64,000 nt of DNA from Octopus vulgaris (taxonomy: Eukaryota). The stretch's first letter is position 1; each line of letters begins with the position of its first letter. Location of the stretch: assembly GCA_951406725.2 (NCBI GenBank), contig OX597826.1, positions 50,282,001-50,346,000 of the forward strand, given 5' to 3'. The notes below the pieces were generated by a model, which saw only the letters and a list, made by a program, of their open reading frames with translations, had not been told where the DNA came from and searched no databases. Below, in pieces: positions 23,299 to 36,600 of this stretch. Both the position numbers and the translations under genes were made by a program.

Positions 23299-26200
23299 AA
23301 ATCATTAGCATACCAGGAAAAATGCTTAACGCCATTTTGTCCGTCTTTATGTTCTGAGTTCAAATTCTGCTGAGGTTGTCTTTGCCTTTCATCCTTTCTG
23401 GGTTGATAAAAAGAAGTACCTTTTGAGCACTGAGGTTGATGTAATTGACTTAGCCCTTCCTCCAAAATTGCTGGCCTTGTACCAAAATTTGAAACCAATA
23501 TAATGTGTGTGTGGTTAAGCAGCTTGTTTCGTAACCCGCTAGTTTCTGGTTCAGTCCTTCCGCCACCTTTAGCAGGCATCCTCTACTGCAACCCTAGGTT
23601 GACTAAAGCCTTGTTAATGGATTTGGTGGATGGAAACTGAAAGAAGCCTGTTGTGTGTGTGTGTTTGCATTTCCTTTTCTTGACATTGTGTGATAGATGT
23701 AAGTGATTGTCACTCATACAAGCAGTTTCATTTATTTTCAATATTCTGCAAAACCATGTGGAGGAAATATAAACCTTGCTTTAGAAACAATTAAGGGTCC
23801 TGACAGGCAGGGAATCTAGCCATAAAAAATCTGCCTTGATAAACTCCATTTGACCAATTGCAAACAGAGAAAAGTGAATGTTAAAACAAGTTTTGACAAT
23901 TTTAACACGTTTAACCCTTTCATTACTGTATTTATTTTGAGATGCTCTGTGTTTCTTTCAATTACTTTAAATATAACAAAGAATTTAGTAAAATAACTTA
24001 GTTATCATTCAGCTAGTGTTAGGAACATAAATTGTGACTAAGGTTTGGTGGAAGATTTTAATTCAAAACTTATGAAAACAAGATATTGGTAGTCAGAGCC
24101 GGTGTCAGCCGGGTTGGTAATGAAAGCGTTAACTCTTTAGCATTCAGATTACTCTCAAATGTATTGCTTATTTATTCACATTAAAAAAAAAACTAATTAT
24201 GTATTATTTTTAGAATAACATTGTAGGGTAGGTATGAGATACTGGATCTGGTCAGTTTGAACAAAACAATTTGGGCTGGATATGGCTGAGGAAAGGTAAA
24301 TTACTCCTTAACCCTTTAGCATTCAGATTAATTAATCTGTCAAATATAATGCATATTTATTTACATAGTTTTGAATTAATCATTCATTATCTCATAGCTT
24401 TGAAACTTTAATGATTGGCCGCTTATTTTTAGAATGACAATGGAGGGTAAGTGTGAGAGGCTGGATCTGGCCAGTTTGAACATAAAATATATAGAATATT
24501 TCAGCTGGATATGCCTGGTTTAAATTGAATCCGAGGGCTTCACCCTGCTACCAGCCAATAAAAAAATTTTTTTCTTCACCATTCCAGTGGTTCAAGGTAC
24601 ATAGAATTACTTATTCAGCACAAACACAACAAAATGCTAGCTTTGGTTGTTGAACTCGTGACCTGTCAGTACAAATAACCCTCAAATTAAGTGCTTTATC
24701 AACTTGGCCATTTCAAAATCTCTTAGTAACAAAGGATTTATCTTTTTTCTATTTATTTTGTTTTTGTTTCTAGTCATCAAAAAGTTCTAAATCTTGACAT
24801 TCGCCTATTTTTGTTTCTGTATGCTTTAAGATGATATGAAACTAGCAAAAAGGTCTTATCTCATCTCTGTTTCAGTGCTATCTATAACTAATTAGTTGAT
24901 ATACTCGCACCAGCTTTCAGTGCCAATTATTAGCAGCAACGTATAGGATTAGTCTAATCAATTGTACTGGTCTATTTACAAAAGCTGGCTTTATGCCTAG
25001 AATTAATGGTATTATCATCAATTTATTACTAATGCTCTTCGAAAATACATGTAAACTATAAACAATCGTGTATCTAAAATTATTTTCAGCAACCATCTTT
25101 TTAATGGAAATTTCATTGCATTTTGTTCTATTTTCTTTCAATTGTTATCTTTGAGAAATACCATAAAAATGGCAGGCTGCTGCTGTTATTGTTATTCAGT
25201 TCTGGGTCTGTCCTGATTGAGTAAGATATATGATTAAAGGTGTTTCTTCTGTAGTTATCCCATCTTATTTATCCACAACTATGTTGCCTAGCATGACCTT
25301 TTTTCTTTTATATTTTCATCATATTCCTGTTGAAATGAAGGCACAAAGCTCAGTGGTTAGAGCATCTGGCTCACAATCATGAGGTAGCGAGTTTGATCCC
25401 TGGACTGTGTTGTGTTCTTGAGCAGACACTTTATTTCATGTTACTCCAGTTCACTCAGATGTAGAAATTAGTTATAATGTCACTGGTGCCAAGCTGTATT
25501 GACATTTACCTTTCCCTTGGCTAACATCAGTGGCATGGAGAGGAGAGGCTGGTATACAAGGACGACTGCTGGTGTTCCATAAACAAATTTGCTTGGACTT
25601 GTACCTCAGAGGGAAACTTCCTAGGTGCAATTTCATGGTCATTCATGACTGGAGTGGGTCTTTACCCTTTACTCCAACGTTTCTCAACAGGGATTCCACA
25701 AAAGGTTCCTAGGGCTCCCGTGAGGAAGAGTGAGATAAGCTAATGCTAATTTCATGATAGTAATATTACTATACATGCACAATATATTATTGGTTAATAT
25801 AATACAGGCATCATCCTATCTAACCTATTATGTTATCAAAAAAATATAACAACCATTGGGGATATATTTAGGGATTTCTGTAATTTATAGATATCCTATA
25901 TATATGTTTATTCAAAAAGCACCATCCGATCGTGGCCGTTGCCAGCCTTGCCTGGCCCCCGTGCAGCTGGCACGTAAAAAGCACCATCCGATCGTGTCCG
26001 TTGCCAGCCTCACCTGGCCCCCGTGCCGGCATGTAAAAAGCACCATCCGACTGTGGCCGTTTGCCAGCCCTGTCTGGCAACTGTGCCGATGGCACGTAAA
26101 AAGCACCCACTACACTCATGGAGTGGTTAGCGTTAGGAAGGGCATCCAGCCATAGAAACACTGCCAGATCAGACTGGGCCTGGTGCAGCCTTCTGGCTTC

Positions 26201-28915
26201 CCAGACCCCAGTTGAACCGTCCAACCCATGCTAGCATGGAAAGCGGATGCTAAATGATGATGATGATGATATATGATATTTTCCATGTGAACTATGATAA
26301 AAAAAATATGAGAAAGATATGGTATATAATTTTTTTTTGCATAGGGGTTCCTTGAGATGTAATTTATTTTAAGGGTTATGCAACGGTAAAAAGGTTGAGA
26401 AACACTGCTTTACTCTGTTGTAACTGCATTGTTTTTGTTTCACTTTACTTCGAAAATAATGAAGAATTTATTAACCTTTTTGCATTTAAGCCAGTCAAAG
26501 CCAGCCGAATTATTCTACCTGTTTTATGTTCAAACCAGCCAAACTTACGGTCATTCCAGAAATAATCACATCATTGAAATCTCGAAGCTATGGGATAATG
26601 CACAATTAATTTGAAGTAATGTAAATAAATAAACATTACATTTGACAGAGTAATCTGAATGTTAAGGGTTAAAATAACTCATTATTAATCTAGTATTTGG
26701 AATATTAATTAACATGAAATTTTGAGAGAAAATTTTAATTTAGATCACTTTAATACCAAAGAGTTTGTATTATAGAACCAAGATCAGTGTCACGTGGACT
26801 GGTGTCAAAATTAATTAAGACAGAGTATGAATGATTTCAGGGAGGTTTGGCTGCTATTTCTAGTAGTTGGAGTAACCATGTAGACATTCTCTCTCATTGG
26901 CTCATTAAACTGTTATGTTAAATTGCTGTTTACCTAAATCAGTTTTATTAGTTCAAGATCATCATGTCTGTTTTCCATGCAATAGAAAACGTAGTAGTAG
27001 TAATACTACTACTAATTGAAGTGTTGCTGGTTCAAAATCACACAAGGGTGGTTCCTTTAAACTTTTTACTTGTTGCAGTCATTGTACTTTGGCCATGCTG
27101 GGTTGCTTCCTTGAAGGGTTTAAGTTGAACAGACTGAGCACAGTTCTTATCTTTTAAGTCTGGTACTTATTCTGTCAGTCTCTTTTGCTGAACTGACTTA
27201 CTAAGTTACTTGGATGTAAACAAACCACCACCAATTGTCAAGTAATGGGATTGGGCAAGTAACACACACACACACACACATTAATACAATAGAAACAACT
27301 GTCAGCTTTATAAGGTGACTTCTACAATAAAGATGTGATTTTCTCTGTATTTTTGCTATATATGTAGCAGTTACCAGTTTTTTATAGTGGATACCAGTTT
27401 TTATATAGCAGATGTTTTCTGGTTGGTTTGTTTACTGTTAGTGTAACGCTACTTTTATATGTTTCCTATTTTGAAATGGATAAATATATTTAGCTTTTGA
27501 AGTAGGGATATATAATGATAAACCTGTCACTTATATAATTTATTTATAAGTGTTTTCATTATACATAAATACTGACTCCAGCTATATAAATGCTATAGCG
27601 AGAAATATATTTTCTGAAACGCTAATGGACATTATGCGTGCATGTATGTTGAATATAAATAATTTCGTGTTCTTTTAACCGCTATAAAAAAAATACAGTT
27701 TCATAATTACAGAAATACATTTCATTAATAAGTTGAAGAACGTGAAAAAAGAGAAAGTTGACTCATTTAATGTCAGGATAGGTTTTTACTGAAAAATTAA
27801 TGGCTTAAATATGTATAATGAAGTTGACTTTTATTTATGCTGGACAGTATAATGCTTACTTTTTCTGTATAAATGTACTAAAACCATTAAATGATTAACT
27901 AGTTTTTGAAGTCTGACATTCATGCTGGTAAACACGGTCCAGGCCATATACTACATTGCTTGGAGTTGCTACCTATCGCAATAGAGCACATATTTAATTT
28001 CTCTTGCGCAGTAAATGATTCATAAGTTCTGCTCATACTGGCAATAACAGTAATGACAAATTTTAAAATTTGCTTGACATTTTATGAGTGTGAAAGGGAT
28101 TAAAATTTCAATACTCTGTATCAAAGGTTCCGACAAGAATAGGCGGAAAAGAATTTCGTTTACATGATCAGATTGATCGGCCACCTTCCTCTGTCAGTTG
28201 AGTAAAGTGTCATCCAAGCTGATGTTTAATGGTAATTAAACTTATTTTGCAACACCTGTGCAGCTTTGTTTTTGTTGGTAATTCAATATCAACAACTTTT
28301 CCTGTGATCATGATTTGAAAACACATACAGCAGTATGGTAAAGATCGGACATAATCTCTTGTAGGCAAGAAATGTAAAATAAAGTTTATGATAAACAACA
28401 CAAACACTTCATAATTTAATAGCTTTCAATGTGATACCTGTTAAACAGAAATTAGTTTTATTTAATGAAAATTTAATAAAATCTTATCATAAGTAAGTGA
28501 AATTATGCTAAATACAACTAAATTAAAAGCCCTTTTCCCTTGGCTATATCGGCACTTGCCCAAGGTGCCATGCAATGGGACTGAACCCAGAATGATGTAG
28601 TTGGGAAGCAAACTTCTTACCACACAGCCACACCTGTGCCTCAGCTAGACTTCCTTAATCCAATGTAGGAGCCTCTATGGAGTCATTCAACTTGCTAGAA
28701 ATAGCAGCCAAAATCTCAATCAGCAAAATAAAAAAAAAGTAAACATTAGATTATATAGTTTCAGTTAAACTGTGAACAAGGATAGTTATAACTGCGGCAA
28801 CTTGGATTACAATTCTGTTTGATCAGTGCTGACGTGGTATGAAACTATTTTAAATAAGTTTCCCTTTTGAAAATTTATACCCTTTAGTAATTTGAAGAAC
28901 GCATATACAGCTAAC

Positions 28916-28961
<46 letters not shown>

Positions 28962-30531
28962 TCTTTTAAATATCTTAAGGCAGCAAACTAGCAGAATCAT
29001 TAGCCTACTGGGCAAAATGCTTAGCAGTATTTCATCTGTCTCTATGTTCTGAGTTCAAATTCTGCTGAGGTCAACTGTGCCTTTCACCCTTTTGAGGTCC
29101 GTCAAATTAGTACCAATTGGGCACTGAGGTTGATCTAATCGACTTACTTCCTGCCTGAAATTGCTGGCCCTGTGCCAAAAATTGAAACCACTAGTTGTCC
29201 AACCCATGCCAGTATGGAAGGCGGATGTTAAGTGATGATGATCATGATTTTTAAATATCTTTTAGGGCTCAGACCCTTGGAAAGGATCCTGGTTTCCTCG
29301 CCTCTCTACCTTGAAGACTAATATAAATGCTTGATTTTGGCATCTTTCTCAAGGTGCAGGTGTGGCTCTTTGGTAAGAGACTTGCTTCCTAAATATGTGG
29401 TCCTGGGCATAGTCCCACTACATGGCACCTTGGGCAAGTGTCTTCCACTATAACCGTCAACTGACCAAAGCCTTGTGACTGGATTTGGTACATGGAGATT
29501 GAAAAAGCCTGATCCTCTACCACTGCTTGACAGCCAGTGTTGGTTTCTTTGTCTCCATTACTTGGTGGTTCAGCAAAAGGGAACCAATAGAATTAGTACA
29601 AGGCTTGAAAATTAGTGTTGCGGTCAATTTGTTCGATGAAATCTTTCAAAGCAGTGCCCAAGCATGGCCACAGTCCAAAGATTGAAACCAGTAAGAGATG
29701 AGTATTGTACAGAAATTCTGACTATTTCCTACTTGTCTTTACTAATGTCATAAATATTTTTTAAATGATGGTTTTTGAAATCTGACAGGATATCCAGTAA
29801 TTTTGTCTGATAGCTGTTTACTCCAGCTGTAAGTTCTCAACAAGTTCTAACTAACTGTTTTGGTGTTCCTGGTTGGAACTTCTCTGCAATTGCCGGTCTT
29901 GTCCTTAATAAATTTGATCCTCAAATGTTAAAGTAATTGAAGACGCTACTACTTAAAGTACTTTAAGGCACACATGTCACTTTGAGAAGTAGAATTTTTA
30001 ATTGTTAGATATGTTTATGTACGTATATATATATATATATATATATATCGTTGTTGTTGTCGTTTAATGTCCACTTTCCATGCTGGTAAGGGTTGGACGG
30101 TTTGACTGAGGACTGGCGAGCCAGAAGGCTGCACTAGGCGCCAATCTGATCTGGCAAAGTTTCTACAGCTGGATGCCCTTCCTAACGCCAACCACTCCAA
30201 GAGTGTAGTGGGTGCTTTTACATGCCACCGGTACGAGGGCCAGTCAGGCAGTACTGGCATCAACCACACTCAAAAGGTGTTTTTTACGTGCCACCTGCAT
30301 GGGAGCCAGTTCGGCAGCACTGGCAACGACCACACTCGAATGTTTTATAAAAATATATATTATTTTGTTATTTATTTATTGATTTATGTCTATCACTGTT
30401 TGAGTTGCATAATAGTGGTTTTATCTCTAATTTATATTTGATATATTTATACTGTGAAATTTGATTTAATACTAAATCGAATTTTTCCCTGTAAGCTTGG
30501 AGTTATACTCCCTAATATTATTATGTATATA

Positions 30532-30604
<73 letters not shown>

Positions 30605-33600
30605 GTGTGTGTGTATATATGTGTATATATGTGTGTGTGTATATATGTGTATATGTGTGTGTGTGTGTATATATGTGTGTGTGTGTGTATATATGTGTGT
30701 GTGTGTATATATGTGTGTGTGTGTGTATATATGTGTGTGTGTGTGTATATATGTGTGTGTGTGTATATATGTGTGTGTGTGTATATATGTGTGTGTGTGT
30801 GTATGTATGTGTGTGTGTATATATGTGTGTGTGTGTGTATATATGTGTGTGTGTGTGTATATATATGTGTGTGTGTGTGTATATATATGTGTGTGTGTGT
30901 ATATATATATATATGTGTGTGTGTGTGTATATATGTGTGTGTGTGTATATATATGTGTGTGTGTATATATGTGTGTGTGTGTATATATGTGTGTGTGTGT
31001 GTATATATATGTGTGTGTGTATATATATATGTGTGTGTGTGTATATATATATGTGTGTGTGTGTGTGTATATATGTGTGTGTGTATATATATGTGTGTGT
31101 GTATATATACATATATCTATATATATATATACTGATATGTATGTATCCACAAATACACATGAATGTCTGTCTGCAATTACATGCTATGTATCTATCACTA
31201 TACATTTGATACTGTGATAGATATCAGTGGTGTGACCTCATTTCTTTGAAGCATGGAGATTATTGAATAGCAATATTTTTAATTTACCATTGTATTTTGT
31301 TATATAGATATACACAGACCCATTGTGTTGAAATGGTAGTTACTGAGAATCAATTGTTTCATTCCACTCAAATGTTCAACTTAAAGTACATGAAACACAA
31401 GTGTAATCAACCACGTTTATTGCAAATGGCTGGCTGCCAGACTTCACCTAAAATACACCATAATGCCCTTGGACTGAAACGGCTTCTAATTTTGAGTGAT
31501 GGCACCAGACTGCTCCCACTTACATGTCGAGTCTAGCTTCCTGCTTCCCAGCATATCACTGCAGTAATCATTGACATAATCACCATCAATGGTCTTAGAT
31601 CTTACTTGGGTCACACTCAATAATTGGAACGCTTTTCTGTAAAAGCAGAGTTTGATTGATTTCCTGTGGAGTTTAGTCTTCTAGGTGAAGTAGTGGTGGT
31701 GGTGGTGGTGATGGGCTCTATCTTTAACTGTGACTGTCCACTTGACCATCTCTGTTATTGATATAATCATAGTAATAAGTGGCATCAATTAGTTTGATAC
31801 AATCAACCTTTAATTCATAATTATTGTTAGGCTTGAACCATCTAAGCCAAATTTTTCAGGCTTAGGCACCCAACCAGGAAAAAATAGTCTCATTGAGCAA
31901 CAGTGAAAGTTAGATGGTCTTTCATGTGGTGTCAGGTTTGTTGCAATGCAAAGGAGGGATATAATTTCATGGTGTAATTCCTCTAAACCATTACTCTATT
32001 ATTATTTTACCTGGTAACTTTGAGTAAACATCAAGTTGTATTTTCTTTTAGAGTTCCATTTTAACTGTTTCCACTATAATTTTAGAATAGTAGAGTTAAC
32101 AGTTATTTGAAACCCCAGTGATCATTTATTCGCAGCTTTCCTATATTGGTGGCAACAGATTTTGTTTTATCATGTTGTTGGTTATGAGTACATGCTACTG
32201 CCAATGTTCAATGAGGCAGAAATGCATCTAGCATTCTCACCATCCACTGCACAGATCATTTTTGTCTACCTCCTATATGTAAATATATATATATATATAC
32301 ATACAGTAATGCTTGGGTATATGAGTTAATTTGTTCCTGGAGATTGCTCATAAAGTGAAAACTTGTAAAGCCGAGCAATATTTTCCCATAGTAGCATTGT
32401 TGCCATTGTTTAATGTTCGCTTTCCATACTGGCATAGGTTGGACAGTTTGACTGGGGATTGGCAAACCAGGAGGCTGCACCAAACTCCAATCTTATCTGG
32501 CAATATTTCTACAGCTGGATGCCCTTCCTAACACCAACCACTCCAAGAGTGTAGTGGGTGCTTTTTACGTGCCACGGGATCCAGTTAGGTGGCACTGGCA
32601 TCGGCCATGTTTGGATGGTGCCTTTTACATGCCACCGGCACAGGAGCCAGTAGGGGCGGGGGGAGGGGGCTGGCATTGACCATGTTTGGATGGTGCTTTT
32701 TACATGCTGCCAGCACAAATCGTAATTTGTTCCCAGGAAAATTATTTACCTGTAAAATTTATAGTACTCATAAATAAATAGCAATAAAGCAATGGTAGAA
32801 TGTAAAGAAAAGTAAAAAGAATGTCAAGCTCATTTATAATAAAAAAATATTACTATCGTAATTGTTTTCTGAATCGCTTTCACTTGCACTAGACTCATGC
32901 ACACCATCACTTGTAGACATGATCACTGATTCACAAGCATTTGAAGCTTTTTTTCACTCTCTATAAATTTCTTAGTAAAACGCAGAAACATTTGCCATGA
33001 TAGTAGAAACTTCTGCACTTCGTTCAAATTTTGGATCTTATGCTTGAAAAATAAGTTGTAAACCCAGGGTCTCGTAAAGTAGGTCCTTGTAAATATATAT
33101 ATATATATTGTATATTTAAACACCTCAGGTGTATTATTATCAGATGTATTATCTCCAATCAAATACCACAAATTTGTTCAGTCCAACTGCATGGCATCTT
33201 GGGCAAGTGTCTTCTATTATAGCCTTGGGCTGACCAGCCTTGTGAGTGGATTGGACTGACGAAAACTGTAAAAGCCATGTGTGTGTCTGTGTTTGTCTCC
33301 CACCATTACTTGAAAGCTGGTGTTGGTATAGTTGGGCAAAAGAGACCAATAAAGTACTAGGTTTTAAAAGCAACAACAAAAAAAAACATTTGAGTAAAGA
33401 TTCTTCAACATGGCTGCAGTCTGGTGACTGAACCAAGTAAAAAGTAAAAGATTGTAAAGCAATAATTCTATATGATAAGGAAGAATTGTCACAAAAATAG
33501 AGAATTATCATTTGTGACTAAATATCAATGAGATCACTCATTGATCAGTTTGTAATATAAAAGTATAAACGTTTGCCATTTTCAATCACTTTCTGTGATA

Positions 33601-36600
33601 GCTGAAGCTTCTTTTGATGAGAGATTTTGTTCATAGCAAGAAAGAATTCTTGAGAAGAAAATAAGTTTATTATACTGTGGAAGGAAACCCCAAAACTGTA
33701 GTTTCAGAAACATCAGTTTTTAACTCATAGTGGAACTTGAAGTGAGATAGGAGCATTAACTATCGAAGTTTTGAACATGGAAAAGTAGGATTTAGCAGCG
33801 GTTGAATTAGTTCCAAGAAATAAGACACTCCATTTAGGTAGTAACTAAACAAATCTAATAATTGCTGTTTGTTTATTTAGCATTGCTGGGTGTCAGGTAA
33901 TCAACAAGGTGTTTCAATCTTTCCAGATCAGGTTGCAAAGAATTATTTTCTATTTTGTAAACTAGATAACAAATGGAGATTTGGCAGAGAAGAAAATATT
34001 TTGTCATATTCGTAATAACCGAAATAAATTTAGCAAAGTTCCTAGCATGTTCTTCATTAGTTTTTTTGCCAATGACAATAACAGTAAGCTCCTCTGATAT
34101 CATTGTCAGTAATTATACCATGCACCATTCTTTAAAAAGTATCCATAACATTAGTCACACTAAACCTTGTAAACTTGAATAATTGTCCATCAGCCTGGAA
34201 TAACTCCTCTCTGGTCTGGTGCTGTAGATTTTATTGTAGGCAATAAAATACACAAAATCTTAGAATCTGGACATTTAGATAGTAGCAACAATTTGTTTAT
34301 AAACAATTGTTATCAAGGTGTTGTTTGCCACTGTTTCTTGCTACTATAGTTTGTACTGTCCATTGGAGAGGTTGATGGGCTCAGTATTACGATCATCAAG
34401 AAGCCATTTAGTCTTGTTGGCATTTTATGAGGTAGAAGAAAGGCAACTTTTAACAGCAATTAGTTTCAAAATATTGGGATGAAATATGAGGATGGGTGGG
34501 GGTTACCAACATTGGAAACAGTCTGAGCATCAGTGAGAGCTATTAACAATCCTCTGATGCAACAGAGTTATGTGATTTAAAGAAGACTTATCCCAGACTT
34601 ATAGAAGAACACAAGTTAATGCTAATATTTAAGTGCATCTTTTCATAAAGAAGGACCCACATAAGGTGTTTGAAATACAGAAAGATGAAGAAGCAGTCTA
34701 TTTACATTGAGTTTCCAGGTCAACTTGAAGACATTGCTGAGATGTTGGGAGTGGGAGATTTCTTGCAAAACATCTTTATGCAACTGGCAGCACGACCTGG
34801 ATTATGTGTAGTGTTCTCAGTTAAGCTTTATATATACAGTGATAGTGGCTTTTTGAAGAGTATTTCCAAAAAATAATTAGAATCATCATGATAATTGTAT
34901 TCTGTCTTTTGATGTAAATGCATTTGAAGATACTAAGGCAGTATTGTAGTTGTAGCAATCTGTCATATATTTGAAGATTAAAGGTGAGATGAAGTTAATT
35001 AGCAAAACGTTTTTGCTAATCGGAGTAGTCTAGGAATTTAAGAAGAAAATTTAAGGAAGGCAGTTTTCAAGCCTGTCCGCCTTGTTCCTGTATCTAATAA
35101 AGTGCCATCGGAATAATGTGACCATTGTTATACTTTCTTGAGGTTGTAGGCAAGAGACAGTTGCCAGTTCAACTTCAGTATTTGAACCACAAATGTAAAT
35201 GTCTGTGTTTATTGCAAGTGGCTGGTAACCAGTCTCCAACTAAAATATACCATAATGCATCTGGATAGGAAGTAGCAGTCCCCAGCAATATATGTCATCA
35301 CCACCATTTGCTTTCTGAGCCAACATGGTTTGGATGAATGCAATGGGTTGGGACGACAATGTCTTGTTTCACAATCTCAGTTTTGGTATGGTTTCTACGG
35401 CTGGATGCTCCTCCTAATGCCAACCACTTTACAGAGTGTACTGGGTGCTTTGATAAAGCATATTATTCTACTTATTATCATCGACTGGTCTGTTTGTATT
35501 TGGAAAGGCACCAAGCTCTTAAGACATTTCCTTTAACTGTATGTAAATGTTTTAAATTCTTAATATCATACTTGTGATAACTTGAAAAATTAGACATGAA
35601 AAATGATATCCACTTAGTAGGATAGCTATTTAATAGACTTTGTACTCAGTACTCAGTTTTTCCATTGTTGATCAACTTTAAAATAAATTTATAATTGTTT
35701 TTATTAATTCTAAAATTCTAATATTTTATGGTCTCCTTATGTGGTCAGTTCTTTGGAAATCTCTTCATCAGTTTGTTTGTGTAATTATGTAGATATATAT
35801 ATATATAGATTAAATGAATATTAGTCATCATTAAATTAATATTCTTCCACTTCAGAATGCTTATGCTTTCACATAAGGGAATCATTTAGAAGCTTTGTTA
35901 TTACCGCCAAAAGCAATTTATTAGCTTGAGGCGAGTTAGAAAATAATTAAAGGAATATTTAGGAAGTACTCCACTTGCTTCTCTCACATATGCATTGTAT
36001 AGAAATAGACTCAAATATCTGATCTGTCTAAAAAAGAAGTATTTTCAAATCAATATATCAGTAGTTTTCTGCCTATTATTATAATGAATATCTTTTTAAA
36101 ATCTTTTACAGCATCAAATTCTGCAAAGGGATTAGCAATGTTTCAAGTTTGGAAACTTCAGATTTGCCATTCCACAAAGCTTTGTACGACTTGTTTATCA
36201 GTGTTGTGCGAGGTCATATGAAACCTGATCATGCTGTTTCAACAATTACTGAAATAGTGGCAAGTATTTCTCTTTGGTTTATTTTTTTTACTTTATCCTG
36301 CTATGATATTTCTCTTTTGTTTTTGTTTTCGTGCTTTACCAATCAGGTTATGGAGGCCATCTTTGCATTTAGTATATATTTTTATTCCAAAAACATATGG
36401 TCGTCCTTAATTACCAAATGTCTCTTGGAACCCAATTTAGAAGTTCTTATATTAAATGTCATAGATTCCATACAATATAGCATGTTTGGAATATTTAAAG
36501 AGATTTTTCAAGCATAATTAAAATGTACTGGAATTTGTTATGCATAACAGAACAGTGTTAATTTAAAATACCAACTTGTGCATCATACTTCAAACAGATA

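Noticed and set aside
30447-31217. Five ORFs of 209-252 aa
   Set aside because: They are translations of a (TA)/(TG) microsatellite that lacks stop codons.
31380-31720. Gypsy integrase C-terminal relic ([12 protein letters not shown])
   Set aside because: The similarity is too short and degenerate to support without an alignment search.
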